Of a DNA stretch of 51,481 bases, positions 19,598-28,332 are shown one piece after another. This DNA is from a virus (Duplodnaviria; Caudoviricetes): positions 1-51,481 of the IMG/VR virus record IMGVR_UViG_3300048576_000578; one strand, 5' to 3'. Position 1 is the stretch's first letter; every line of letters begins with the position of its first letter. The position numbers and the translations under genes are program-made. Under the pieces are notes generated by a model that made no database searches, had not been told where the DNA came from, and saw only the letters and a list, made by a program, of their open reading frames with translations.

Positions 19598-20710
19598 TTA
19601 CTGCGACACAAAGGCGCTGAGGACGCCGTGGTCTTCCAGCGAGCCACCGCTGTACATGGTTTCGAACTGGGGCTTCAGGAAGCCGAGAATCTTGGCGATC
19701 GAGATGCCCTGGGCGTTGCCGTAGTCGAATTCCTTCTCGTTCCACTCGGGGTTGCCAATGTCGGCCATGCCGAGCGCCTGGGCGCCGCAGAACAGCATCT
19801 GGCAACCATCGACCGTGCCGAGCGCACCGAACTTGTTGCCGCTGGTGGCAAGCCGGGTGTTCGGAACGTGACGGAACTCGTGCAGGTAGATGCCGTCGAT
19901 CTTGACCGTACCACCGGTGAAGAGCTTCTCGTTCATGCCCTTGTTCTGGGAATGACGGAGGTTCTGCAGGTAGGTCGGGTCGAGCTTCAGGCGAGCCATG
20001 GCCTGCGGGGTCAGGAAGGCGTGGTAGGTTTCCTCGCCGTCTTCCATGATGCCGCGCATGTGGTTTTCCTTCGCGTAGGCCTTGAGCTGAACGAACAGCT
20101 CCCAGGCCGGCGTGTCGGTCGACTCGACGGTGTTCTGGCCGCCACCGACGACGAAGGTCTTGGTGGTGTTGTTCCAGCGACCGACGCGCTTCGCACTCGG
20201 GGCGACGATGTCGGCGGCAAATTCCAGCTTCGGCAGCTTGGAGCCGACGCGCAGGCGACCATCGGTGTGATAGGTGTAAGCCTTGCCGGCCAGGGTCAGG
20301 AAGGCCAGCTGGTCGATACGGTCGGCCAGCCAGTAGGCCAGCTTGTCGCGGGAGTTTTCGCGGAAGGTGACGATGGACTTCTGATCGGCCATGCGACCTT
20401 CGTTGCGGTTGGCGTTCCGCATCTGGTCGATGGTGATCACGGCGTCCTGCGCGCCGAGCGCTTCTTCGTTGCCTTCCAGGGTCGAATCACCGACGACACC
20501 ATCGCTCTCCATGTCGGTGAGCAGGGTGATGACGGCGCGGGCACCCTTCTCGGTCTTCTTCAGCTCGGTGATGTGCTGGATCATCGAGTTGGCAGACTTG
20601 CCCAGGAACTTGTTGACGAACGACATATTGCGGGCTTGCTTCCAGAAGGAAAGCGACCACGCGGTTTTTTGCTCGCTCGTGAGCAGTGCGAAATTGGTCA
20701 TGTTGGACAT
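19598..20710 (-). CDS. Major capsid protein, DUF4043 / N4-gp56-like family
   Basis: TNFALLTSEQKTAWS, GDSTLEGNEEAL and LFCGAQALGMAD motifs; ATG at 20710 with GGAG RBS; follows portal-scaffold. Confidence 0.88.
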   Translation of the reverse strand: MSNMTNFALLTSEQKTAWSLSFWKQARNMSFVNKFLGKSANSMIQHITELKKTEKGARAVITLLTDMESDGVVGDSTLEGNEEALGAQDAVITIDQMRNANRNEGRMADQKSIVTFRENSRDKLAYWLADRIDQLAFLTLAGKAYTYHTDGRLRVGSKLPKLEFAADIVAPSAKRVGRWNNTTKTFVVGGGQNTVESTDTPAWELFVQLKAYAKENHMRGIMEDGEETYHAFLTPQAMARLKLDPTYLQNLRHSQNKGMNEKLFTGGTVKIDGIYLHEFRHVPNTRLATSGNKFGALGTVDGCQMLFCGAQALGMADIGNPEWNEKEFDYGNAQGISIAKILGFLKPQFETMYSGGSLEDHGVLSAFVSQ

Positions 20711-20770
20711 GAGGTTCTCCAAGTGAAACGATCGAATGGTTCTTGAAGCTCTGACGTGGCTTCTGCGCGG

Positions 20771-20896
20771 TGCCGTGTCGCTGGCAACTTGCGAAACAAA
20801 CGACCTTTCACGAGGACGAATCGGCTGGTTTATGGCTCTCAGCTTGAGCGTTGGCCGTGTCGCTGGCCTTGCGAGGATGGTTGGTTACGCCAACCA
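20771..20896 (-). ncRNA. Putative structured cis-regulatory RNA leader of the capsid gene (hairpin plus two pseudoknot-like repeats)
   Basis: TGGTTGG-CGTAA-CCAACCA hairpin; two copies of TCGC-loop-GCGA-CAC-GGC(C/A) with covarying second stem. Confidence 0.5.
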
Positions 20897-20940
20897 CTCG
20901 GCCCTATTTGAATTCGGGCAAAGCACGAGGTGTGTGCGAT

Positions 20941-20956
20941 TCAGAGGTTATCAGAG
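20941..20956 (-). promoter_or_regulatory. Segment A promoter-like motif, copy 3 (CTCTGATAACCTCTGA)
   Basis: At the head of the about 230-nt capsid leader. Confidence 0.6.
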
Positions 20957-20978
20957 TCCATTGGACTATGCAACCCTG

Positions 20979-21014
20979 TTACTTCTTTTTGCCGCCGCCC
21001 TTCTTGCAACCCAT
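20979..21014 (-). CDS. Putative 11-aa basic micropeptide MGCKKGGGKKK
   Basis: Preceded by near-perfect Shine-Dalgarno AAGGAGGTGATC (9 nt from GGAGG to ATG); below ORF-track cutoff. Confidence 0.55.
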   Translation of the reverse strand: MGCKKGGGKKK

Positions 21015-21047
21015 GCTTGATCACCTCCTTCCCTTGTCGAAATTTTG

Positions 21048-21218
21048 TCAGTCGTCTTCGACCTCTGCTGCAACCACGGCCAGTGCAACAAAACCTTCGT
21101 CGCCGTACTCCTGGACGATCGCAACGATCTTTTCGCGAGCCTCCTGCACCTTGTCACGAGTCTCCTGCGGAACGTCGGAGAGCATGCCCTTCAGGATCAG
21201 CAGCAGCGCGGCGCTCAC
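21048..21218 (-). CDS. Small hypothetical protein (56 aa)
   Basis: GTG overlaps the scaffold stop (GTGA); GC3-rich codons; below ORF-track cutoff. Confidence 0.55.
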   Translation of the reverse strand: MSAALLLILKGMLSDVPQETRDKVQEAREKIVAIVQEYGDEGFVALAVVAAEVEDD

Positions 21219-22219
21219 GACAGATTCCCCATGAGACGAGCCTTGGTGGCTTCAGGAAGGGCGTCGAACTCGTCGACGGTGAGTTTGGTGACATCCGGAA
21301 GCTCCTTGGCGCCGAGCTTGTCAGAGTCGACACCGACCTCCTTGGTCGACGCCGGCTGGGCCTTCTGGGCTTCGATGGCCTTGGTCACGGCCTCTTTCTG
21401 GCGGTCGACCTGTTTGGCGGCAGCGGCCAAGCCCTTGGCGTCTTCTTCCTTCGGAGCCTCCTTCTGTTTGACCAGGAAGCGCTCGGACACCTCCTTGCCG
21501 GCTTTGGTCAGCGCCTGGGACGGAGACATGCCACCTTGAACCAGCGTGCGCTGCTTGGCGAGCACCAGGGAGACGAGGTCTTCGTCGTAGTTCTCGGACT
21601 CGGGATTGAACTCGGGGTGATCCGACTCCATGCGGGCGATGGCCGCTTCCAAGCGGTCGGCTTCGATGGCCTGCGCGGTAGTGGCACGGGCGCGGTTCTC
21701 GGCTTCAGCCGTGGCGATCTGGCGCTCAGCAAGACGAATCTGCTTCATCACCTTGGCCGCCTCGGCAGTCTTGCCGTCCAGCAGCAGCTCCTGGTACTGG
21801 ACCTCCAGCGCTTCGACCTCACCTTCGATGCGCTGAACTTCTTCGTCCTGCTTCTTGCCTGCGGCCTCCTGCAGACGACGCTCCAGCTCCTGCGCACGAC
21901 GCTCGGCAGCTTCGCGGGCTTCGCGCTCCTTGTTCACCGCTTCGTCAAAGCGGGACTTCGGGATACGGACCTCCTTCTCGGCGAAGCGACCGTTCTCGTC
22001 ACGCGGCTGTTCTTCCTTGGCCGGCTCTTCCTTGGCCGGTTCTTCCTTGGCCGGGGCAGTCTTCTCGGGGTTCGCCTCGGCGATCTCCTGTTCGAGCTGC
22101 TCGGTGCTCGGCTCCGGCTCTGCGACAGCCGGCGTCTTCTCGATCTCGTTACCCAGGTCGAGCGACGAGATGTCGAGGTTGTCAATATCCGGCCCTGAGC
22201 CGAGTTCTTCGTAGGACAT
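21215..22219 (-). CDS. Capsid scaffolding protein
   Basis: Acidic coiled-coil protein between portal and capsid; RDENGRF and IPKSRFDE motifs; PAKEE x3. Confidence 0.8.
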   Translation of the reverse strand: MSYEELGSGPDIDNLDISSLDLGNEIEKTPAVAEPEPSTEQLEQEIAEANPEKTAPAKEEPAKEEPAKEEQPRDENGRFAEKEVRIPKSRFDEAVNKEREAREAAERRAQELERRLQEAAGKKQDEEVQRIEGEVEALEVQYQELLLDGKTAEAAKVMKQIRLAERQIATAEAENRARATTAQAIEADRLEAAIARMESDHPEFNPESENYDEDLVSLVLAKQRTLVQGGMSPSQALTKAGKEVSERFLVKQKEAPKEEDAKGLAAAAKQVDRQKEAVTKAIEAQKAQPASTKEVGVDSDKLGAKELPDVTKLTVDEFDALPEATKARLMGNLS

Positions 22220-22222
22220 CAG

Positions 22223-24394
22223 TTACTCCTTCATGGTTTGCGTGGGTTCGGCGGACTCTTCTCGCATCGCTGCGACCCGCTGAGCTTCCGCCTGTTGCTC
22301 AGCTTGCTGCTGGCGAAGCTGCATGTTCTGCGCAGCTTCGGCCTGCTTGATCTGCTGGTTCTGCATGTGCTCTTCGCGCTGCATGTCGAGCTTCATCTGC
22401 ATCTCCTGCATCTTCAGCGCCATCTCCTGACGCATCTTTTCAAGCTCCATGTCCATGCGTTCGCGCTCCATCTGGAGCTCTGCCTGGAGCTTCATCATCT
22501 CGTTGTCGCCACCTTGCGCCTCGTTCGCCTTGATCTGGGCGTCGGCACCCTTCTGCATGGCTTCGGCCTGGGTCTTGCCAACCTTGGCCTCCTTCTCGGC
22601 GACCTCGGCCTGCAGCGCTCGCATCTCAAGCTCGGCCTGGGCCTGAGCTTCGGGCGAGTTCTTGGCATCCTTCATGCCCTTGACGATGTCGGCGCGACGC
22701 AGGAGGCGAGAGTTCTCGACCAGGACTTCGTCCGGAATCGGCAGGCCGAGCTCGCGCAGCGCCTTGGCTTGTTCGAACTGGCTGTCTTCCAGGCTGGCGC
22801 GGTACGGGCTGGAGGTGATAACGATGTCGTACTCGCCGATCGTCAGGTCGTTGGTGATTGCACCGGTATAGGGGTCAACGCCATTCACGACCAGGGTCTC
22901 GGTCTCGTTGGCGAAGTCGTCCTTCGTGATGTTGATGATGCGTTCGTTGGTGTAGAAGGTCTGCACCATGGACAACACGTTGCGGGCCAGAATCCAGTCG
23001 GTGCGCTCCAGGTTGTCGAGCACTTTGGACAGGTTCACCGAGCCGCGCTGCTGCTTGTAGGCGATGGCCTTGGCCGCCACGTCCTCGCGATCGAAGCCTT
23101 GCATCGAGTCGCTGACGTTGGAGATGCTCTTGATCGCCTCTTCAGCCTTGAATGTGACGCGGTCCAGACCGGTTGGCACTTGGTTCGGCTGAATCTTGAC
23201 CGGTGGTTGCGCGTCCTTGCGATACTCGACAACGAGACCGGTCTTGGCGCCCGAGACCTCAAGCTCCTGCAGGCTCATGTTCGTCAGGGAGTCTTCTTCA
23301 ACAATCCAGCCGCTGTTGGCGGTGGTGTTGATGATGTGCAGCTCCTGGCTGGATGCCTTGTTCAGAATCTCCTGCGGAGAGAGAAGGTTTTCGACGATGC
23401 CGACCGTGCGCCCGTAGCGGAAGTATGGGAAGTAGGGCACCACGGTGAAGTGCTGGTAGGGGCTCCACTCGTCGTGCAGTACGACATCGCCGGCGGTGAC
23501 TGTCCAGCGGATGCGCTTGACGAGCTTCTTGGTGACTGCGATCTGTCCGCCGGCGCGTTCGAGGAAGAGGGCGATCTTGTTGCGATCCCAGCTCGACGGG
23601 ATGAGCCGCATGTCTCCGGTGACGACATCGACGAAGTGCTCCGCCTTGCTGATCTTCCGGTACTGGCGATCGAGGACGCGGATGTTGCGCAGAGTCCCCA
23701 GGTCCATGCCGGTGTACGACGCCTCGGTGATGTTGCTGCCGTTGACATCGGCGAAGCTGTCGCGGAACAGGTCGACTGAGTCGTAGCCGTAGCGCAGGTT
23801 CTGGGCGCGGTACTTGAGCTCGTCGGCATCCGCCTCGTTGTAGAGCACGGCGATGTCGTTCGTGCTCATCCACTTGCTGATCGTAACGTCGGCCCATGCA
23901 TCCGGATCGTACTCTTCCGCATCCGGGTCGATGACGACGTTCTTGGAGTTCAGCTGGGTGATGGAGATTTCGCCGAAGACGCTGTCGCTGTAGTCCATGC
24001 GTGCGTCGTAGAAGCCGCGAGAGCGGATGATGCCGTCACAGAACACGTCGGAGCGCACCCAAGGGAGCTGGTTCGCCTGACTGAGCTGCATCCACACCTT
24101 GCTCAGCGCCTCGGCGACCTCTGCCGGGGAGCCGGCAGACGGCCTGAAGAGCACCTCGGTGCGGTTGTAAATCTGCTCGCCCAGGATCGTGCCGATCGTG
24201 CTCAGAATCTTGTTGATCGTCAGAGCGGGGCGGCGCTGGAGGATCAGCGAGTCAAGGTCTTCTTGGCGCCACTGCTGGCCGGCGAAGAAGCGGTCGCATT
24301 TGTCAGCCTTCTGAATGAACTCAAGGTGGGAGCGGTCGCGTGCGTACACGTACCGTTGCCACTGCTCATTCGCGAGGGATTCATTGACTGGCAT
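22223..24394 (-). CDS. Portal protein, P22-like
   Basis: FFAGQQW...RRPALTINKI N-terminus, VIDPDA, long Gln/Met-rich coiled-coil C-terminal barrel. Confidence 0.88.
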   Translation of the reverse strand: MPVNESLANEQWQRYVYARDRSHLEFIQKADKCDRFFAGQQWRQEDLDSLILQRRPALTINKILSTIGTILGEQIYNRTEVLFRPSAGSPAEVAEALSKVWMQLSQANQLPWVRSDVFCDGIIRSRGFYDARMDYSDSVFGEISITQLNSKNVVIDPDAEEYDPDAWADVTISKWMSTNDIAVLYNEADADELKYRAQNLRYGYDSVDLFRDSFADVNGSNITEASYTGMDLGTLRNIRVLDRQYRKISKAEHFVDVVTGDMRLIPSSWDRNKIALFLERAGGQIAVTKKLVKRIRWTVTAGDVVLHDEWSPYQHFTVVPYFPYFRYGRTVGIVENLLSPQEILNKASSQELHIINTTANSGWIVEEDSLTNMSLQELEVSGAKTGLVVEYRKDAQPPVKIQPNQVPTGLDRVTFKAEEAIKSISNVSDSMQGFDREDVAAKAIAYKQQRGSVNLSKVLDNLERTDWILARNVLSMVQTFYTNERIINITKDDFANETETLVVNGVDPYTGAITNDLTIGEYDIVITSSPYRASLEDSQFEQAKALRELGLPIPDEVLVENSRLLRRADIVKGMKDAKNSPEAQAQAELEMRALQAEVAEKEAKVGKTQAEAMQKGADAQIKANEAQGGDNEMMKLQAELQMERERMDMELEKMRQEMALKMQEMQMKLDMQREEHMQNQQIKQAEAAQNMQLRQQQAEQQAEAQRVAAMREESAEPTQTMKE

Positions 24395-24418
24395 GAAGGT
24401 GCTCCAATTCAGATAGCG

Positions 24419-24434
24419 TCAGAGTTTATCAGAG
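24419..24434 (-). promoter_or_regulatory. Segment A promoter-like motif, copy 4 (CTCTGATAAACTCTGA)
   Basis: About 25 nt upstream of the portal ATG; last recognisable segment A sequence. Confidence 0.6.
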
Positions 24435-24512
24435 ATCGACGTATTCGACGACCTGGAGTGCGGCGAGCAATTCGTGCGCAACAGCGTGCGCCAAGGGTGG
24501 CAGGCCAGATAA
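24432..24512 (+). pseudogene. Start-less 3' gene fragment (EIDVFDDLECGEQFVRNSVRQGWQAR*) at the A/B junction
   Basis: Coding-like GC3 codons ending in TAA at 24510-24512; in-frame TAG at 24414 upstream and no start codon ahead of the coding-like stretch. Confidence 0.35.
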
Positions 24513-24608
24513 GGATGAGCCAGGGATTCATGAGCCTAGAATGCCGGCTGGCCTGTCCGTTTTTAGGGAAAACCGGAATGTTTGACGGTGTGGTTTTTAG
24601 TTTCCATG

Positions 24609-24668
24609 CCGGCAGATTGCCGAGATGGGGTGGAAATTTTTAGGGGAAATTTTCCTTAATTATTTCCG
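24609..24668 (-). promoter_or_regulatory. 60-bp repeat, copy 1; putative activator-dependent late promoter
   Basis: 58/60 identical to 33491-33550; contains dyad-like GGAAATTTTTAGGGGAAATTTTCC; followed only by a 14-codon ORF. Confidence 0.6.
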
Positions 24669-24997
24669 CGCAACAGGCTGAGCGCCTCAACCTCGGTCAC
24701 ATCAAGGTCATACAGCGTGGCAATGTGCCGCGCGAACAATGGCCGGCGGTCGTCGTTGGGGTAATGCTTTGCCTGCTCACGATAGGCGGCGACCTCGGCG
24801 GCGAGACGATATCCACGGCTGAATCGGTACGCCAGGCCGTGAAGACCTGCGCTCCACACCCACTGCCAGACGTGGATTTTTTCGTGTTCGAGCAGGCCTT
24901 TGTCGCCCCGGTACGCAGGACGGATCAAAATGAACGGGCCATAGGTTGTCGCGGCGAAGCGTTTTGGGATGAAGCGATCGGTATGAATGGTGATCAC
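24656..24997 (-). CDS. Small HExxH zincin-like protein
   Basis: LLEHEKIHVWQW and downstream EVAAY motif. Confidence 0.65.
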   Translation of the reverse strand: MITIHTDRFIPKRFAATTYGPFILIRPAYRGDKGLLEHEKIHVWQWVWSAGLHGLAYRFSRGYRLAAEVAAYREQAKHYPNDDRRPLFARHIATLYDLDVTEVEALSLLRGNN

Positions 24998-25308
24998 GGT
25001 TTTTTTCCTGCGTCGAGCAACTTGCGCAACTCACCCAACTTCCGGCCAAGATCAGCAATCTGTCCATCCTTTTCCGCGCACAGTTGGCGCATACGATCGG
25101 CGTCCGTGACTGCTGCGATCAGAGCCGCACCTATGATCGGCTCAAGCTCCGCTGCAACGGCTTCAAGCTGCATCGGCGTGGACACAGTGGCTGCGATTAC
25201 CTCGGAGCCCCGGATGACCTCGTTGATCGTCTGGTGATGTGCAGAAATACTCCCGTCTTCATTGTGACGAATCAGGGTTTCATAGGCGCGGTTGCGTTCT
25301 TTGATCAT
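24994..25308 (-). CDS. Putative fibre assembly/chaperone protein
   Basis: Immediately after the fibre gene; C-terminal coiled coil. Confidence 0.45.
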   Translation of the reverse strand: MIKERNRAYETLIRHNEDGSISAHHQTINEVIRGSEVIAATVSTPMQLEAVAAELEPIIGAALIAAVTDADRMRQLCAEKDGQIADLGRKLGELRKLLDAGKKP

Positions 25309-25310
25309 GG

Positions 25311-27044
25311 TCAGCTCACTGGAGTGGTGGTATTGAGGATGCACCAGTTGGTGCCGTTGCTTCGGCACGTCTTTGGTCCGCCGGTTGCGTTAACAACGTC
25401 GATATTGCAGCCAGAGTATGCTGCTGCACTTGGTAGAGTGCTCAACGTGTATTGGCCCCATCGCATCGGGCCAGCGACATCGAGTTTTGCCGACGCGGAT
25501 GGCTGAACGCCGATCCCAGTATTGCCTGCGAGGTAGTTATAAGCGGTACCCGATGCGTCGATGTTACGATGAGCCTCGACAGTGGACGTGAATCCTAGTT
25601 TCAGAGCAGACGCAGCCGCCACATTAGCAGCACCGCCGACTGCACCGATATTCATGCCGAGCAGATTTGTTATCGATCCAGTCAGGCAATACGGCGTTAT
25701 GCTGATCCCGGAGCATGTCGTAGTTACCGGGGTGGCCGAACCAGACGTGTTGTAATGACCAACAGCGAGCGACAACCCTTGCATTGTCGAAAGCGTGCCG
25801 TTGTCGTCATAGCCGAGCGAAACGATGTTTCGCAAAACGGACATTTCGGCGCCCTTGGTGTATCCGCCCTGGGTGAATCCTGACTTCACTGCCGGGTGCA
25901 GCACAAAATTTCCGCCGATTTCGTAGCCGGTGGCGTTCGCTTCGGTCGAAATTTTTAAAGTGGCTCCAATCCCATAAGTTGAATGCCCGCTAACAATTGA
26001 CGCAGTTCTTCCAATTGCCAAGGCTCCGCCACCCGGCGCATTAGCTGCTAAATTGGTTGCTCCAAGTATTGAATTAGTCGATCCAAGTACGCCCAGCGAA
26101 AATGCGGAATTTGAATCTAACGTCGTGAATTTTCCAGTGGATCGCGTCGTATTGCCGATGGCCTTACCGTCAATTGCGGTAATCCCCGCCCACCACGCAG
26201 CCACGGCCTGCCGAACCCGAAGTGATGTCCAGGCCTTGACTGCAGTCGCGGTGCCGGCCTCCGCGTCAGCTTGTGTGATCACGTCGGAAATCTGTGCCTG
26301 GAGCTTGCCGATGGCACCCAGGACAGAGTCCGTAGCAGCCACGACGGTAGCGCTCGCAGTGCTCAGGCCGGCGAGTACGGATGCGCGAACGTCCGTCGCA
26401 AAATCGCGCCACGTCTTGTCGCCGCGCAAATATTGCGCCGAGGTGCCGGCGGAGATAGTCGGCTCTTTGCCATCAACAGCCTCGGTCAGCGTGTCGAGCA
26501 AATCCTTCAGCGCCTTGCCCTGGGCGGCAGATAGCGGCTTGGCGGTGCTGGCATCGGTCAGGACGTTGATGATGTCGGAAACATTGACCTTGCCGGCGCC
26601 GAGCGATTCGAGGCTCGACTGATGCACCTCGACAAAATCAACCACCTCCTGCAGCGTGTCGAGATTGATGTTGTCGCTACTCAGCAGCGTCTGCAGGCCC
26701 TGAATCAGCGCGCGGAGTTTCGCCAGGGTATCGCCGTCAGAGGCCACCCCGGCACGCAGGGTGTCGATTGCGGCGGCCTGGGCTGCGTTTGCCTTGGTGG
26801 TGGCATCTGTGGCGGCTGCGGCGATGGCTGCAGCCTGGGCAGCGCCTGCCTTTGCTGTTGCATCGCTGGCCGCGGCAGATTGAGCCGCGCTGGCCGATCC
26901 AACAGGATCATAGAGCGCGTCGAAATCCGGCTTGTCGGCAACGGCCGACCAGTGCGTCGGCCCGCCAGGCCCGGTCTGGCCGATCTCGACTTGTGTTACC
27001 TGTGGCTCAAGATTGAGTTCGACGATTTCGATCGGATCAGCCAA
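25311..27044 (-). CDS. Fibre-like protein (577 aa)
   Basis: Fibre motifs LDTLQEVVDF, KPLSAAQGKALK, KEPTISAGT..QYLRGDKTW, ATDSVLGAIGKLQAQI; Gly/Ser/Thr-rich, AT-richer distal domain. Confidence 0.75.
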   Translation of the reverse strand: MADPIEIVELNLEPQVTQVEIGQTGPGGPTHWSAVADKPDFDALYDPVGSASAAQSAAASDATAKAGAAQAAAIAAAATDATTKANAAQAAAIDTLRAGVASDGDTLAKLRALIQGLQTLLSSDNINLDTLQEVVDFVEVHQSSLESLGAGKVNVSDIINVLTDASTAKPLSAAQGKALKDLLDTLTEAVDGKEPTISAGTSAQYLRGDKTWRDFATDVRASVLAGLSTASATVVAATDSVLGAIGKLQAQISDVITQADAEAGTATAVKAWTSLRVRQAVAAWWAGITAIDGKAIGNTTRSTGKFTTLDSNSAFSLGVLGSTNSILGATNLAANAPGGGALAIGRTASIVSGHSTYGIGATLKISTEANATGYEIGGNFVLHPAVKSGFTQGGYTKGAEMSVLRNIVSLGYDDNGTLSTMQGLSLAVGHYNTSGSATPVTTTCSGISITPYCLTGSITNLLGMNIGAVGGAANVAAASALKLGFTSTVEAHRNIDASGTAYNYLAGNTGIGVQPSASAKLDVAGPMRWGQYTLSTLPSAAAYSGCNIDVVNATGGPKTCRSNGTNWCILNTTTPVS

Positions 27045-27384
27045 AGGTATTCTCCCGGATGAACCGGACAGCGCCCCGGTAGACCTTGAAGGTCAAGTCC
27101 GCATTTGCGTCCGGGGATACCTCGAGGTCATAAGCCGCGCGCTTTTCCGTAATGTCGACGGTGTCGGTGGCGTAGATGGTGCGGGTGATTTCCCCGGGGC
27201 CGGTCACGGCCAGGCGCCCGTTCGCATTCGTCAGGGCAACCAGCAAGTTTCCGTCGCTGTCACGGATATGCATGGCCAGCGTGGCGCCCGTCAGGTCATA
27301 GGGCTGGCCACCGGAAGTCAGCCGGATGATGTCGCGGTAGTAGCTGCCGACTTCCAGCTCAAGGTCGCGAACGAGCGCCTTCAT
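27037..27384 (-). CDS. Small beta-sandwich fibre-attachment (BppU N-terminal-like) protein
   Basis: PYDLTGATLAMHIR...YDLEV pattern; coupled upstream of the fibre gene. Confidence 0.55.
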   Translation of the reverse strand: MKALVRDLELEVGSYYRDIIRLTSGGQPYDLTGATLAMHIRDSDGNLLVALTNANGRLAVTGPGEITRTIYATDTVDITEKRAAYDLEVSPDANADLTFKVYRGAVRFIRENTFG

Positions 27385-28274
27385 GGTTTCCCCCATGCGG
27401 GACAGTCTGCCTCGAACATGGCGCGTTCTTCGCCGCGGCGCTTGATCAATCCCGGCAGCGGGACGCCGCCGGCGGTGGTCCATTTCATGATCGGCGCACC
27501 AGTGGCGAGCAGCACTTTACCGGTCTGGCGATCAATGATCGGCTTTCTGCGCCAGACGATCGGTTGCCCTGTGGCGCGGTTGATTTGTGGGGAGGCGTTG
27601 AATTCATTGGCAGCGGCGACGCAACGACCCGCATTGACCTCGCGCAGCAGCCGCGATGCACGGAAGTTTCCTTCGCCGACGTTGTCGCGGAACAGGCCAA
27701 GCGCGACGGCCTGGCGCTGGGTGACGGGGGTTTTGACATGCGCGGCAAGCGAGCGGACGACACCGTCGCTCAGCTCCTGCGCCAGCCAGAGCTGGCATTG
27801 TTCGGCGGTAGCGGTCATGCCGGGGAAGACGCCCATGGTACGCCCCTGGCAGATGGTCGGCTTGCCCCAGCCGAGCGACGGATCAGGATAGGCATGATGG
27901 ACGGTCTGTCCGGATGGGCTGATGCTGGTCGGGCCGTTGCCTTCCCAAGTGGCGACGCCGGCCGCCAAAGCAGCGACCAGGCTGGCGACAGACATGCCGG
28001 CGACGAGCTGGCGATTGATGGCGCCACGCTGCCGGCGATCGATCTCTACCGGATCGTCACGCTGGCGGCGATCCACGCCGTCATACCCGTCCACTAGGCA
28101 CCGGCGGTTGATGATCTTGTCCCGCACCAGGACCAGGATCTGCAGCAGGGTGTAGATGAGCGCGGAAATGAGGACCCAGTCGTTGAGCGACAAGCCCATG
28201 AGCTTCTCGACGCCGAGCGCAATCCAGGGCGGCAGGGTTTTGGCGGTGGCGAGCAGTTCGGGCTTTTCGGTCAT
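27381..28274 (-). CDS. Holin-lysozyme (GH24) fusion
   Basis: N-terminal T7-type holin-like GLSLNDWVLISALIYTLLQI; then Ala/Gly-rich SAR-like segment and WEG...AYPD...PTICQG...NVG...GLIKRR lysozyme motifs, all in one frame. Confidence 0.75.
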   Translation of the reverse strand: MTEKPELLATAKTLPPWIALGVEKLMGLSLNDWVLISALIYTLLQILVLVRDKIINRRCLVDGYDGVDRRQRDDPVEIDRRQRGAINRQLVAGMSVASLVAALAAGVATWEGNGPTSISPSGQTVHHAYPDPSLGWGKPTICQGRTMGVFPGMTATAEQCQLWLAQELSDGVVRSLAAHVKTPVTQRQAVALGLFRDNVGEGNFRASRLLREVNAGRCVAAANEFNASPQINRATGQPIVWRRKPIIDRQTGKVLLATGAPIMKWTTAGGVPLPGLIKRRGEERAMFEADCPAWGKP

Positions 28275-28332
28275 GGGCTGGGCCTCGATGGTTTTGGGGA
28301 GACGCGTGCGTCAGTGCACGCGTCTGGACGGG

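Larger units (their letters stand above)
1..24434. mobile_element. Prophage segment A: integrase plus podovirus-like virion/lysis module (no terminase or replication genes in window)
   Basis: Tyrosine integrase at left end, then contiguous minus-strand portal, scaffold, capsid, lysis, tail and ejection genes sharing one promoter-like motif. att sites not identified. Confidence 0.85.

Noticed and set aside
22011-22056. 15-bp triple repeat in the scaffold gene
   Set aside because: Ordinary low-complexity PAKEE linker.
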